Shown: positions 16,869 to 27,127 of the stretch, piece by piece | Layout of the letters: each line of letters begins with the position of its first letter | How positions within the stretch are numbered: the stretch's first letter is position 1 | Virus record (IMG/VR): IMGVR_UViG_3300021378_000017 | DNA: 64,000 nucleotides | Origin: an uncultured virus (IMG/VR IMGVR_UViG_3300021378_000017) | Lineage: Duplodnaviria > Heunggongvirae > Uroviricota > Caudoviricetes | Strand: one strand, 5' to 3' | Translations under genes and position numbers: made by a program | Notes under the pieces: generated by a model | What the model was told of the DNA's origin: nothing | What the model saw: the letters and a program-made list of their open reading frames with translations, nothing else | Database searches by the model: none

Positions 16869-19193
16869 TTATATTTTACAGCTTTCGCAATCGTCATCGT
16901 CAATAATTACTGACTGGGTTTCAGTTGTTCCACTATCGTATGTGTGATGGTCATCGTCTTTCATTTCTCCTGCACCATCATGAGTGTTAAAATAGTAGAG
17001 TTGTTTTAATCCAAATTTATATGCATTAACAAGGTCCTGTATCATTACAGACATAGGTATCTTATTGTCTTCAAACTTTTCTGGATTGTAAGAAGTATTA
17101 ACACTAATACCTTGATCAATATATTTTTGAAGGATTGCACATATCTTGAGATATCCATCGGTTCCTTCTTGATCCCACAATAAATCGTATTTATTTTTTA
17201 AGTGGTGGTATCCTGGAACGACCTGAGCTAATACACCGTCCTTAGATTGTTTATAAGATACGAGTGCTCTAGGTGGTTCAATACCATTAGTGCTATTACT
17301 AATTTGTGCAGATGTTTCGGCTGGCATTAATGCCATTAGAGTACTGTTTCTAATACCGTGTTCTTTTAAGTGAGTTCTTAATTGCTTCCAAGGTACACGT
17401 TCTTTATGCTCTATTAAATTATCTACTGCACCTTTATATGTATCAATTGGAAGTACTCCAGAGCCGTATTTTGTGTCATCAATTGCAGATATTTTACCTT
17501 TTTCTCTAGCTAGTTTTGATGAAGCCCTAATAAGATAATATGACCAAGATTCTGCGTATTCATCTACAACTTTAAATGCTGACTCATCGTATTTTAAGCC
17601 TCTTTTTGCTAAGAAATAAGCTAGGTTTATAATACCTATACCTAATGGTCTTCGAGCCATTGTAGATTTTTCTGCAGCTGGAATTGGATATGCTTGATAA
17701 TCTAATAATTCATCTAAGCCTCTTACTGCTAATTCACAGTACTTTTTAAATTCGCCAGGATGGTTAATTAAACCCCAATTAATTGCAGATAGTGTACATA
17801 GTGAAATTTCTCCTTCCTCGTCATCATATGATTCTAATGGCTTTGTAGGTAAATCAATTTCACAGCATAGATTACTCATTCTAATTGGTGCTCTATCTGG
17901 TTTAAATGCACCATGCTCATTTGCATGGTCAACATTCATTACATAAATTCTACCAGTATCTTTTCTTTCACTTAATAACTGTTGAAATACTTCAAGTGCT
18001 GGTAAAGATTTTTTACGTACAGAATAAGCTCTTTCGTATTTTTCGTATAACTCTTTAAATTTTTCTTGGTCATCGAAGAACGATTCGTATAGGCCTGGTA
18101 CATCGTTAGGATCAAAAAATGTTATATTACCACCTTCAATCAATCTTTCATACATTAACTTATTTAATTGAAACGCATAATCCATGTGTCTTACACGGCC
18201 TTCTTCAGTTCCTTTATTGTTTTTAAGTACTACTAAGTCTTCGAATTCATAGTGCCATATTGGTAGATATACCGTTGCTGCACCACCGCGAACACCGCCT
18301 TGAGAGCATGATTTTACTGCTGATTGAAAGTATTTTAAAAATGGAATAAGCCCAGTATGAACGACTGAACCATCACCGACTTTAGCACCATTGGCTCTAA
18401 TAGAACCAGCACCAATACCAATACCTGCTTTCTTACTAATGTATTTTACAATAGAGGTGGCAGTAGCGTTAATGCTGTCAAGAGAATCGCCAGATTCGAT
18501 AAGCACACAGCTTGAAAACTGACGGGTTGGAGTACGTACTCCTGCCATAATTGGAGTAGGGAGTGATATATAAAATTGAGAAATTGCATCATAATAATCC
18601 TTTACGAATTTCATTCGAGTTTCTTTTGAGTAATTTGAAAATAGAGTTGCTGCAACCATCATGTACAGCATCTGTGGTGTTTCGTAATAGATTTTTTCTT
18701 TTCTATCTTGTACTAGGTATTTACCACGGAACTGTTCCATTCCAGCATATGTAAACAGATCATCTCTATCGTGCTTTATATATGTATCTAATTGATCTAT
18801 CTCATCGCGGGTATAGCTTTTCATAATACCGCCATCGTATACACCACGTGAAATATTTTCAATAATAAGATGAGCAAGAGGCCATGGTTTATATTCACCA
18901 TAAACTTCTTTTCGTAATTTATAATTGATTAATCGAGCTGCTACAAATTGATAATTTGGAGTATGCTCAGAGATTAATTCAGATGCACTTTTAATAAGTA
19001 GTTCGTGTATATCGTATGCAGGTATCTTATCATACAATTGAATATTAGATTTTAATTCTATTTCAGATTGTGATACTCCTGAAATATCTTTTACAGCCCA
19101 TTCTAGTACTTTATGTACTTTTTCTAAATCGAAGCTTTGAAGAGAGCCATCCCTCTTAGTGACATTTATATCCATAATGTTTATCCCGTTCAT
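16869..19193 (-). CDS. nrdA: Ribonucleotide reductase class Ia alpha subunit
   Basis: ATP cone VTKRDG, QFSSCVL, SNLCCEI, MPAETS, C-terminal CESCKI. Confidence 0.97.
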   Translation of the reverse strand: MNGINIMDINVTKRDGSLQSFDLEKVHKVLEWAVKDISGVSQSEIELKSNIQLYDKIPAYDIHELLIKSASELISEHTPNYQFVAARLINYKLRKEVYGEYKPWPLAHLIIENISRGVYDGGIMKSYTRDEIDQLDTYIKHDRDDLFTYAGMEQFRGKYLVQDRKEKIYYETPQMLYMMVAATLFSNYSKETRMKFVKDYYDAISQFYISLPTPIMAGVRTPTRQFSSCVLIESGDSLDSINATATSIVKYISKKAGIGIGAGSIRANGAKVGDGSVVHTGLIPFLKYFQSAVKSCSQGGVRGGAATVYLPIWHYEFEDLVVLKNNKGTEEGRVRHMDYAFQLNKLMYERLIEGGNITFFDPNDVPGLYESFFDDQEKFKELYEKYERAYSVRKKSLPALEVFQQLLSERKDTGRIYVMNVDHANEHGAFKPDRAPIRMSNLCCEIDLPTKPLESYDDEEGEISLCTLSAINWGLINHPGEFKKYCELAVRGLDELLDYQAYPIPAAEKSTMARRPLGIGIINLAYFLAKRGLKYDESAFKVVDEYAESWSYYLIRASSKLAREKGKISAIDDTKYGSGVLPIDTYKGAVDNLIEHKERVPWKQLRTHLKEHGIRNSTLMALMPAETSAQISNSTNGIEPPRALVSYKQSKDGVLAQVVPGYHHLKNKYDLLWDQEGTDGYLKICAILQKYIDQGISVNTSYNPEKFEDNKIPMSVMIQDLVNAYKFGLKQLYYFNTHDGAGEMKDDDHHTYDSGTTETQSVIIDDDDCESCKI

Positions 19194-19217
19194 ATTTGTG
19201 TTTCATTTAATATATCT

Positions 19218-19246
19218 ATTATACCATAAAACTCAACAAATGTACA
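19218..19246 (-). promoter_or_regulatory. Early promoter (nrdA)
   Basis: TGTACA-N17-TATAAT. Confidence 0.75.
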
Positions 19247-19256
19247 CTGGTTTGTG

Positions 19257-19502
19257 TTATTTTATTTTGAGTCTTCTTTCAATTTCAATTATGCGGGCAT
19301 GCATATTTGGATATTGTTTTGCAAATTTTGCATCCTTTTTTGCTAGTTCTAAATCATACTTTTCAGCAAAGTGTTCCATAAATCTGTCGACTTGCCTTTG
19401 GAACCATATACCACCTTTAGTACCTTGGAACCAGTTGTAAAATGAAGAACCTATGATAGAACTTAAAATAGATTTTAGTGATAGTATTAGTAGAAAGTAC
19501 AT
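19257..19502 (-). CDS. Hypothetical protein with hydrophobic N-terminus
   Basis: ORF track; coupled to the lipase gene. Confidence 0.5.
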   Translation of the reverse strand: MYFLLILSLKSILSSIIGSSFYNWFQGTKGGIWFQRQVDRFMEHFAEKYDLELAKKDAKFAKQYPNMHARIIEIERRLKIK

Positions 19503-20293
19503 TACTTTTCCTTACTCTTCCATTGTACAATGGAACAGTCCTTAAACGAGAGCTTTTTAATCGCTTTAACATAGTTTGGCATTCCATGGTCTACTACGCC
19601 ATCAAAGAATTTAAATCTTTTCCATGACTGTCCGATTCCATAAAAGAAATCTGTCCATGTTGGCTTAAGTGCTTTATCGCCAAATCTATTAAAGTAAATC
19701 ATCTCGCCATGATGTCTAAATCCTAACCATGCTGGTGGAATTCTACATACGATATCGTTATTATTCATAAATCTATAGTGTGGGCATTTAATATTTTTAA
19801 TAAAGTGTTTACCACCTACTCTTGGTGATCCGAAAGTAAAGAGTTCTTCAGGCTGATAACGAGTAGCACTAATTGTTGCCATGGCAGCACCTAAACTATG
19901 ACCAGTCATATAAACATCTTTTCTTACTTTTAATTGATCATTGTGTTCTAGTTCTTTTACAATGTCCATCCAAACATCATCCACTTCTTCTTGGAATCCG
20001 CCATGTACTTTACCACCAGCTTTAGCAGTATTTTTAATTATTTTTAAATCTGCCATAACATCATTTAGCTTAGAAGGTTCTGTTCCTCTAAAAGCAAACC
20101 ACATATCGTTTCTATCTTTTGCAATAAGTACTTCTGCACCGCCATTACTGATTAATTTACCTGATGAAAACCCTAGCTTTTTACATGCAGTTTCTGCTGG
20201 TTTAGGATTCATATAAGCAATTGCTGATAGCTTGGCCGCTATCTCTGCTCTTTGCCATACGGTTAATTGTTCTTTCATTCTAGTTGTCGCCAT
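19502..20293 (-). CDS. Class 3 lipase (alpha/beta hydrolase)
   Basis: AFRGTE, VHGGF, TGHSLGAAMA, TFGSPRVG, DIVCRIP, DH. Confidence 0.9.
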   Translation of the reverse strand: MATTRMKEQLTVWQRAEIAAKLSAIAYMNPKPAETACKKLGFSSGKLISNGGAEVLIAKDRNDMWFAFRGTEPSKLNDVMADLKIIKNTAKAGGKVHGGFQEEVDDVWMDIVKELEHNDQLKVRKDVYMTGHSLGAAMATISATRYQPEELFTFGSPRVGGKHFIKNIKCPHYRFMNNNDIVCRIPPAWLGFRHHGEMIYFNRFGDKALKPTWTDFFYGIGQSWKRFKFFDGVVDHGMPNYVKAIKKLSFKDCSIVQWKSKEK

Positions 20294-20780
20294 CTTTTTT
20301 CTCCAATTTAATTTCAACTGCTTCAGCTTGTTCATCATTTATCGTCACATTCCTATAGTAAACTATCACCTCGCCGAGCTGATTAATATATCTTTTAATT
20401 TCTTGAGTATTATAAGACATTAACTCATAATCATCAACAGTCATAGCAACAAATACAATATCTCCGCCATGGTTTTTCTTTATATCATCTATAAATTTAT
20501 CAAGGTAGGTATACCCTTCTGGATATAAATCCTCTCTGCCTAATTTACAGTTTGATTTTTTAGTTTCAGGATCTTTCAGACAATTTTCAATTATCTTGGT
20601 ATCTGAAACCACATACCATTTAGGTTCTTTTAAGTCTATTGCTCTAGGCATTACTGGCTGAACAATATCTATCTGAACTGGTTTTGTTATTATTTCAACT
20701 TCTCTTGGAGCCTGTTGAAGTAATGAACAACCACTAATCGTTAAGAGTGCTAATACGCTTGCTATCTGCTTCAATCGCAT
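20280..20780 (-). CDS. Lipoprotein, probable o-spanin
   Basis: MRLKQIASVLALLTISGC lipobox; overlaps 3' end of i-spanin-like gene. Confidence 0.65.
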   Translation of the reverse strand: MRLKQIASVLALLTISGCSLLQQAPREVEIITKPVQIDIVQPVMPRAIDLKEPKWYVVSDTKIIENCLKDPETKKSNCKLGREDLYPEGYTYLDKFIDDIKKNHGGDIVFVAMTVDDYELMSYNTQEIKRYINQLGEVIVYYRNVTINDEQAEAVEIKLEKKDGDN

Positions 20781-21126
20781 CGAATGCCTCCTTTGTTCTA
20801 GTGTTTGCTCTTTTCTCAATCATACCAGGTTTAGCACTAGCTAATTTGGATAGATTATGGCGTCTGAATATATCCATATATTCGGCCATTTCGGATTCGT
20901 ATGCTTGATTTCTGACTTGTAATCCTGTTAACTCTTGTGAAGTTTTTGCAAGATTATTTTGAATGGCCTCGATTGTGGCCTTCTGTTCTTGATCTCTTAG
21001 GTCTTGTGCTATAATTACTTTGGATTGTTCTTCCAATTTATTCTTCATAGGTACTACAGATAAATTATAATACATGAACCCTGCGAGTCCCATCGCTCCT
21101 ATAATTCCCATCAAAATTTTCGACAT
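20734..21126 (-). CDS. Probable i-spanin
   Basis: N-terminal TM, long coiled coil, AKPGMIEKRAN. Confidence 0.65.
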   Translation of the reverse strand: MSKILMGIIGAMGLAGFMYYNLSVVPMKNKLEEQSKVIIAQDLRDQEQKATIEAIQNNLAKTSQELTGLQVRNQAYESEMAEYMDIFRRHNLSKLASAKPGMIEKRANTRTKEAFDAIEADSKRISTLND

Positions 21127-21130
21127 AATA

Positions 21131-21352
21131 TTATTTCTCTATTTTTTTAGCTTCTCTGGCCAACCTCTTTGCTAACATTCTTTCTACGAATTTTCTACCT
21201 TCTTTGGTACGGCCGTCGTATTTACCTTCAGATTTTTTCTTTCTTTTAAGAAGTGCTTTTTTACCCATAGCGTTTGGAGCCATATCGACTCCACCACTTG
21301 CTACAGAATTAGCAGCTGCATCTTCCCATTGTTTAAAACTTTTATATTTCAT
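21131..21352 (-). CDS. Small basic protein with capsid-targeting-like N-terminus
   Basis: MKYKSFKQWED; YDGRTKEGRKFVER. Confidence 0.55.
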   Translation of the reverse strand: MKYKSFKQWEDAAANSVASGGVDMAPNAMGKKALLKRKKKSEGKYDGRTKEGRKFVERMLAKRLAREAKKIEK

Positions 21353-21963
21353 CTTTTTATATCCATATTTGTTATATATACAAACTGTTTGGTATTTAAG
21401 TGTTTAACCTTGTATATATTTATATCAAATAGTGTATCAGCTGGTTTTGTAGCCTCTGTTACTATTACCTTTGTGTTTTTTCTAGCGATAAATTCAGCAG
21501 TTTCTGGTGAAGCAATATCGTTAACTAATGTATAAGTGCCCTTATTTAGTTTGTTATTGTTCTCAAACCAAGCACTTTCGTTAATAGTATCTAAATCAGT
21601 TTCTCCAGATTCTATTAATATACTTTTTAATCTTTCACTTGATATTCCAGTATGTTCTTTGACAAGGAATAAAGCTGCAGCATAAGATGCTAATCTGGTT
21701 TTACCAAATGGAACCTTAGCCATTAATTTTTTAACATTAAATACTAATCTATGAAATATTGTAAACGCCGATCTTTGGTCATTAGTTTCAATTGGTATTT
21801 CTGTTCTATATCCATTTTCATCAACAAGCCCTTGTTTAAAAGCTTCTGTCTTTTTAAATGGCGTTACTAAAAGTTTAAGAAATCTAATAGCATAAACCAT
21901 ATCTGCACCACGAGACAATAAACCTTCGTTTATTTCGTTTCGTTTGTTTAATACAGTTCTCAT
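21349..21963 (-). CDS. Conserved T4-like hypothetical (probable virion) protein
   Basis: RFLKLLVTPF...G.VDENG...FHRLVFNVKK...SYAAALFLVKE. Confidence 0.6.
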   Translation of the reverse strand: MRTVLNKRNEINEGLLSRGADMVYAIRFLKLLVTPFKKTEAFKQGLVDENGYRTEIPIETNDQRSAFTIFHRLVFNVKKLMAKVPFGKTRLASYAAALFLVKEHTGISSERLKSILIESGETDLDTINESAWFENNNKLNKGTYTLVNDIASPETAEFIARKNTKVIVTEATKPADTLFDINIYKVKHLNTKQFVYITNMDIKR

Positions 21964-22331
21964 ATATTTCTTAACCTTTCCACTATGTTAGTGTCCATAG
22001 GTATTTCTACCTTATCGTTTTCTTTTATAAAATGTAAAAATACTAAAAAGGTTTTTAACGCTGGATAATGTGCTTCGTTCACTTTAAACCAAACCATTCT
22101 ATCAGCAGCTTCAATTCCAAACACATTGTATATTACAATCAGGTGATTTAGGATTAATCTTTCCTGTAAATCACCTGATTGCTCATACCTTTTCAATAAT
22201 CGCTTCAGGTATTTAAATCTACTTACATCCTCTATAAATTCTTCCACTGAAATACATTCAGGGTTATTATAATGGTTAGCAGCAAATAGCTTAAAATTCC
22301 TACTAGTTAGTTTATCAAATAATTTCATCAT
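21960..22331 (-). CDS. Conserved T4-like hypothetical protein
   Basis: YNNPEC...RFKYLKRL...ERLILNHLIV.YNVFG; late promoter at 22337-22344. Confidence 0.65.
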   Translation of the reverse strand: MMKLFDKLTSRNFKLFAANHYNNPECISVEEFIEDVSRFKYLKRLLKRYEQSGDLQERLILNHLIVIYNVFGIEAADRMVWFKVNEAHYPALKTFLVFLHFIKENDKVEIPMDTNIVERLRNI

Positions 22332-22362
22332 ATAATTATTTATACGACCAAAAGGTCAGTAA

Positions 22363-23616
22363 TTATTTATTTAAACTAGGACCGTTAACTTTACCTTTAT
22401 ACTTTTTAACAATCTTTTGAACGTTTCTATCAGCAATAAATTTCTTTAAGGAAGCTTCATCGCCATAAAATTCTAAAGAAGCTGGACCAGAAGAAGAACC
22501 ATCAAAGCTAGTTACATGCATATTTTTGATTTTACTAATTAGTTTATCCATAATTGTCATTTCGGCTTTAGTAAACCCAAAATCATCATTAAATTTGTTA
22601 GAACTATTGCCTTTTACAACTTGAATATCCAAATAAGCTTCAAAGCCTCTACGATTTCTATCTTTATAGTTTTTCATATCTCTAACATCTTCTTGAACAG
22701 ATTCTAATTTACCTTTCATAAGGCCTGGGAACATGTCGTCAATGTCACCTTTATCTAATCCGTATACGTCTGGATCCATTAACATTTTAACAACTTGCTT
22801 ATGATCACCAGTTACATCAGCAGTACCTTTTCTAGTATCTACTTTAATTTTTACTTTAAATTTCTTTTCAGCATCTTTAGTTACTTTGCTATCGCCAATC
22901 CAGTCAACATCAACTGTAACCTTACCTTCTGATACGATTTCATCTTCTTCATCGTCAGCTTCATAATTCTTATCGATATAATCAAAGAATTCTTTTTTCT
23001 TATCGCCGTCGAGTTCAGCAGGTGATTTAACGCCATACTTTTTAAGTGCTTTATTAAAGAAAGCTTGGTACTTCTTTTGCTTTGCAGATTTTTCTTCTTC
23101 TGACATTGTATCTTCGTTAGCTGCACGTAAAGCGTCATTTACTGCTTTTTCATCAGATAAACCTTTTTTCATGGCTTCGATTTTTTTAACAGCACCTGTC
23201 ATATTACCACCCATTTTAGTAGCAATTTTGATAGCAGCTTTAACCTGAGCTGGAGAGTAACCTTCAGAAAGTTCTTTATCCATTTCAATAGCTTCTTCAT
23301 GAAGTGTATCAATATCTTCTTTTACTACTGAACCATCAGATTTTGCACCAGATTTTTTAACTACATGCTTAGCTTTAAAATCCTTTTCGCCTTTTGCTCT
23401 AGGTTCTTCAGGAGATTCGTTCTTCTCATGCGTATAACCTTTAGCAGATAAAGCTTTATGCTCTTCTTCGTTGTTTGCAGTTTCTTCTTTGCCAGTTTCA
23501 GGATGATACATCGCGTGTGGATATTTTGGTTCTTCCTTAACTGCAGGCTTTTTACCTTCTAATACGTTCTGAACTGCTGCTGCAACGTTTAGAGTTTCTT
23601 TATCTTGCAATTTCAT
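22363..23616 (-). CDS. Modular K/E-rich protein, possible internal-head polyprotein
   Basis: Multiple (L/V/I)xE junctions between short modules. Confidence 0.5.
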   Translation of the reverse strand: MKLQDKETLNVAAAVQNVLEGKKPAVKEEPKYPHAMYHPETGKEETANNEEEHKALSAKGYTHEKNESPEEPRAKGEKDFKAKHVVKKSGAKSDGSVVKEDIDTLHEEAIEMDKELSEGYSPAQVKAAIKIATKMGGNMTGAVKKIEAMKKGLSDEKAVNDALRAANEDTMSEEEKSAKQKKYQAFFNKALKKYGVKSPAELDGDKKKEFFDYIDKNYEADDEEDEIVSEGKVTVDVDWIGDSKVTKDAEKKFKVKIKVDTRKGTADVTGDHKQVVKMLMDPDVYGLDKGDIDDMFPGLMKGKLESVQEDVRDMKNYKDRNRRGFEAYLDIQVVKGNSSNKFNDDFGFTKAEMTIMDKLISKIKNMHVTSFDGSSSGPASLEFYGDEASLKKFIADRNVQKIVKKYKGKVNGPSLNK

Positions 23617-23629
23617 ATTTTCTCCTATT

Positions 23630-23938
23630 TTATTGCATTATTAACATTCCAGTAATAGTGGTTGCAGCTGCAGCCATTACTATCCAAAATATTTTATTAA
23701 TTATATTAATTGTATTTGCATTGTTTATTACAATGTTTTCCACTTTGTCTATTCTATTTATAAGTAAAACAATCTGCTCTGATTGTTGTTTAGAAAAAGA
23801 TGTAAGAGTTTGAATTTTTTCTTCAGCTCGAGCAAGTGCTATAATTGCTTCAGACATTCTATCGATTTTTTCTTCTATTCTGTCTAGTCTTAAAGCAGCT
23901 TCAGCTCTTTGTTGCGATGCGGTATTGCTATTTGGCAT
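23630..23938 (-). CDS. Coiled-coil protein with C-terminal TM
   Basis: RLDRIEEKIDRMSEAIIALARAEEKI; terminal hydrophobic helix. Confidence 0.55.
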   Translation of the reverse strand: MPNSNTASQQRAEAALRLDRIEEKIDRMSEAIIALARAEEKIQTLTSFSKQQSEQIVLLINRIDKVENIVINNANTINIINKIFWIVMAAAATTITGMLIMQ

Positions 23939-24218
23939 GTTTTATAATCCTACAATGTAAGGTAGTTTTACCTTTTATTAGTCTGTGTCTTTCTCCTAAT
24001 GGTATATAAAATACCATTCCCTTTTCTATTAACCATGGTAAGCAATTTTCGTATTGGAATTGCCATCCTTCGCCATTTAATATTTCTACTTCTCTTAATT
24101 CTTTGTCAGAGTGCCAAACATATTCTACATCTTCTCTATCCAAGAAGAATGATCTTTCGATAGTAGTACTATTTAATACACTATCGATATATGGATTACC
24201 AAAAATAGTCACCACCAC
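23928..24218 (-). CDS. Cupin-like small protein
   Basis: WHSD...W.FQ...P......IP....HRLIKG. Confidence 0.55.
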   Translation of the reverse strand: MVVTIFGNPYIDSVLNSTTIERSFFLDREDVEYVWHSDKELREVEILNGEGWQFQYENCLPWLIEKGMVFYIPLGERHRLIKGKTTLHCRIIKHAK

Positions 24219-24564
24219 CTTTAAGTCCTAAGTCTTTTGCATACTTCGGTAATCTACATGACCAGTATCCTGGTGATAGTTTATCCGTTTTAGTATCGCA
24301 GTTATGACGAGATGCAAAGTTTCTTGCTGCATCTCTATCGTTTATTTTAGAGGATAAACCTCCCTTTTCGTCACCAAAATTAATTTTCTTTACATTACCA
24401 GTTTTTGGATTCTTAACGTACACAACATATTTCTTTGGACCTGAGCTTCTGCTTGGCTTATTAAGCGCTGGTTCAGGAGCTTCAATCATAGGTTGTTCTA
24501 GTGGAACATTCCTACCTTCATATAGTCCAAATCTTTCTTCGATGTGCTCTAAAAATTTATGCAT
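24196..24564 (-). CDS. Conserved hypothetical protein, capsid-targeting-like N-terminus
   Basis: MHKFLEHIEE; KKYVVYVKNP..GNVKKINFGD, FASRHNC, YWSC. Confidence 0.6.
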   Translation of the reverse strand: MHKFLEHIEERFGLYEGRNVPLEQPMIEAPEPALNKPSRSSGPKKYVVYVKNPKTGNVKKINFGDEKGGLSSKINDRDAARNFASRHNCDTKTDKLSPGYWSCRLPKYAKDLGLKGGGDYFW

Positions 24565-25313
24565 TATCCATACATCTTTGCAAATGTTTTAAGATCAAGA
24601 GTTTCAAATCCACCATTGTCATCTGTTACTCGATAACCCAATTTTCCTTTAAGTACAACTGGTTTAGCAGTATAAGTTCCTAGTTTACTTCCATGAGAAC
24701 GTCTTAGCCCACTAATTTCTGAACCATAGATAGAAAGTCCTTTAATTTTTGGTGGCTTAGCTTCATTAACATCTTCTTTGATTTTACCTTTAATTAAATC
24801 ATCAAGGTTGTTATCTAACCATTCAATGAATTCGTCTTCATCGTCTCCACGAATCTCACCATTGGAACTTGCCCAATTACTAAGTTCATCTTCTGCTTTC
24901 TTAGATAGTTCTAGGTTACCACTTTTTTGTACTTTCTGAAGTTCTCTTTTGTGTTTACGAACTATATCTTGAATCTTCTTACCTTCTGATACAGTTTCTT
25001 CTTTAATCATCTTATCTACACTTAGACCACTTTTAAGATTACCTTTACTGTCTACTGCTTTAGGGTACATTTGAGCAATTAAATCGTTATAACCTACAAG
25101 GATATTTAATATGTCTGCTTGAATTTCTTTTGTTGAAATACTTTTGATTACCCTTTTAACTGCACCAAGGTTTCCTTGATTAAGAGCTCGAGCTACTGCT
25201 TGATAATCTTTTTGGTCTTGACCTGTTTCTTTCTTAGAAAGCCTAGCCACATTTTTCTGAGCAAGATCTAAATCCTGTGCGTAGTTTTCGCGAATTGCTT
25301 TAAATTGTTTCAT
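24564..25313 (-). CDS. Modular protein, capsid-targeting-like N-terminus
   Basis: MKQFKAIRE start; internal IKEE/VSEG/VNEA junctions. Confidence 0.55.
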   Translation of the reverse strand: MKQFKAIRENYAQDLDLAQKNVARLSKKETGQDQKDYQAVARALNQGNLGAVKRVIKSISTKEIQADILNILVGYNDLIAQMYPKAVDSKGNLKSGLSVDKMIKEETVSEGKKIQDIVRKHKRELQKVQKSGNLELSKKAEDELSNWASSNGEIRGDDEDEFIEWLDNNLDDLIKGKIKEDVNEAKPPKIKGLSIYGSEISGLRRSHGSKLGTYTAKPVVLKGKLGYRVTDDNGGFETLDLKTFAKMYG

Positions 25314-25561
25314 TTTACTATTCCTTTTACTTCTCTTTTTGATAGTCCGTATACATCTACCAACCATTTTTCTAAACCTCGTTTATCTTTACTCATGACA
25401 ACAAGTTCATTTTCTCTCTTGTCCCAAGTATCAATATATACTCCATCGTCTTCCCATTCGTCGCTATACTCTCTTGGATCGCCCATATCAAAATCTAGCG
25501 TAGCTTTAAATATTCTTTCTAAGATTGTTTGGCTTTCTCTTAATTCTTTAAATAGTTTCAT
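25310..25561 (-). CDS. Small protein, capsid-targeting-like N-terminus
   Basis: MKLFKELRE...ILE. Confidence 0.55.
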   Translation of the reverse strand: MKLFKELRESQTILERIFKATLDFDMGDPREYSDEWEDDGVYIDTWDKRENELVVMSKDKRGLEKWLVDVYGLSKREVKGIVK

Positions 25562-25562
25562 T

Positions 25563-26006
25563 TTAGTTTCCTTTAATAGTTCTTACTACTTTACTTATAA
25601 TCATTTTAGTAGCAGTAAAATATGCCCAACCATATCCGTAAAAGATATGAAAGGTATGATTTTTTTCGATAGCAGCTTTATTACCAAATTTCTTAGTCCA
25701 ATTATCAACGTATTCGCCTTTGTATCTTAAGACAGCATGAGACATTTTCCATTTGCTTGGTCCAACACAACAAATACCAGCCTGGTGAGTTAATAACATC
25801 CACCACATTTTAATATGGCTTTCACCACATAATCTGTAAAGAATAGATAAAGAATAATCTTCGCAGTCTCCTACAAATTTTCCTTCGCCATTTGGTGAAT
25901 ATATAATTTTCCATGCATCAGCCATGCCGTACTGTTCTTTATCTTTTCTGTATTTCCATTTAGAGTTAAATGATGATACGATTTTGTCTCTTTCTTTATT
26001 TGTCAT
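25563..26006 (-). CDS. Transglutaminase-like cysteine protease
   Basis: GDCEDYS...HAVL...VDN putative Cys-His-Asp triad. Confidence 0.65.
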   Translation of the reverse strand: MTNKERDKIVSSFNSKWKYRKDKEQYGMADAWKIIYSPNGEGKFVGDCEDYSLSILYRLCGESHIKMWWMLLTHQAGICCVGPSKWKMSHAVLRYKGEYVDNWTKKFGNKAAIEKNHTFHIFYGYGWAYFTATKMIISKVVRTIKGN

Positions 26007-26671
26007 TTTTTTTGTCCCTTTATCCACTTAACTGCAAGTGAATTTTCCGGTGGTTTCTTAGCCCACTGTTGTATATCCTTATAAGTTTCTAATGTAGATG
26101 TTTCAATATCTGCGTCCGTTGAGTTATCTATTACTGTCATTCTATTACGAAAAAGCCCTTGGAATTTACCAATATTTTTCTGTACTGATTTCCACATTTT
26201 TTCTACTTGTTCATCTGGTAATACTCTATCTCTGCTTTTATTTCGTTTTAATGCAGTTTCTAAATCAGTATTAACAAATATCATATGTACAGCATATCCT
26301 ATAGATCTAAACTGATCAACATTAGCCTTTATTTTAGCGTAATCTTTACCAGTTCCATCTATAACTACTCCTAATCTTCCCTTTAATGCTAAGGTTAACT
26401 GTTTACCAGTAATAGTTTTAGCTTTATCTCTTAATGCTTGGCCTTGAGCAGAAAATATAGATTCTGGCTCCATTGTAAGTCCAGCCTTTTTAAGAGCATT
26501 TTCATAATTAGTATCTGTATTTATAAGTTTAAACCCTAATGACACTAATGATGTTTTACCTACAACAAATGATTTTCCAGAACCTGGACCACCTGCTAGG
26601 AATACAGCCTTAAAAATGGAAGGATCATTAATGCCTTCCATAATATTATAATGTTCTTTAAAACTATCCAC
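26003..26671 (-). CDS. P-loop kinase (Zeta-toxin / Pnk-like)
   Basis: LAGGPGSGKS, INTD, VIDGTG, ALKRNKSRDR lid; GTG start gives MDSFKEHYNIME. Confidence 0.8.
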   Translation of the reverse strand: MDSFKEHYNIMEGINDPSIFKAVFLAGGPGSGKSFVVGKTSLVSLGFKLINTDTNYENALKKAGLTMEPESIFSAQGQALRDKAKTITGKQLTLALKGRLGVVIDGTGKDYAKIKANVDQFRSIGYAVHMIFVNTDLETALKRNKSRDRVLPDEQVEKMWKSVQKNIGKFQGLFRNRMTVIDNSTDADIETSTLETYKDIQQWAKKPPENSLAVKWIKGQKK

Positions 26672-26894
26672 CGAACTCATGACCTGCAACTCTTTTCATT
26701 TGCTTATTAAATTCTGATTGTGATGGTTTAGTCTTATATAATTTAATAGATAAATGATCTTTTTCTTTACCTTTAATTCTCCACTCATAACCTTTTTCTT
26801 TATGCTCAGGCTTAGTCGTTTTTACAACTCTTCTTTTATATCCTGCTTCCCAAGATTCGCTTTTCTTTTCTCTAAGCTCTTTAAATGTTTTCAT
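26664..26894 (-). CDS. Small basic protein, capsid-targeting-like N-terminus
   Basis: MKTFKELRE. Confidence 0.55.
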   Translation of the reverse strand: MKTFKELREKKSESWEAGYKRRVVKTTKPEHKEKGYEWRIKGKEKDHLSIKLYKTKPSQSEFNKQMKRVAGHEFGG

Positions 26895-27127
26895 TTTTTA
26901 AGATCGTACCTAAATGATTTATCCTTAGCTTGACCAGCTTTCGTAATACCATAACCAGCTAGTTTTGCTAGTTGCTGTAACGCTGGCCAGTTTTTTTCCC
27001 CTTGGTTTTTTCTTTTGACTTTCATCATATCATCTTTTATTTTATTAAACAGTGTATCAACCATGTCCATATCATTCATTACTAATGGAGCTTCGTCAAG
27101 ATTAGATTGTTCTTTAAATGTTTTCAT
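26891..27127 (-). CDS. Small protein, capsid-targeting-like N-terminus
   Basis: MKTFKEQSNLDE. Confidence 0.55.
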   Translation of the reverse strand: MKTFKEQSNLDEAPLVMNDMDMVDTLFNKIKDDMMKVKRKNQGEKNWPALQQLAKLAGYGITKAGQAKDKSFRYDLKK

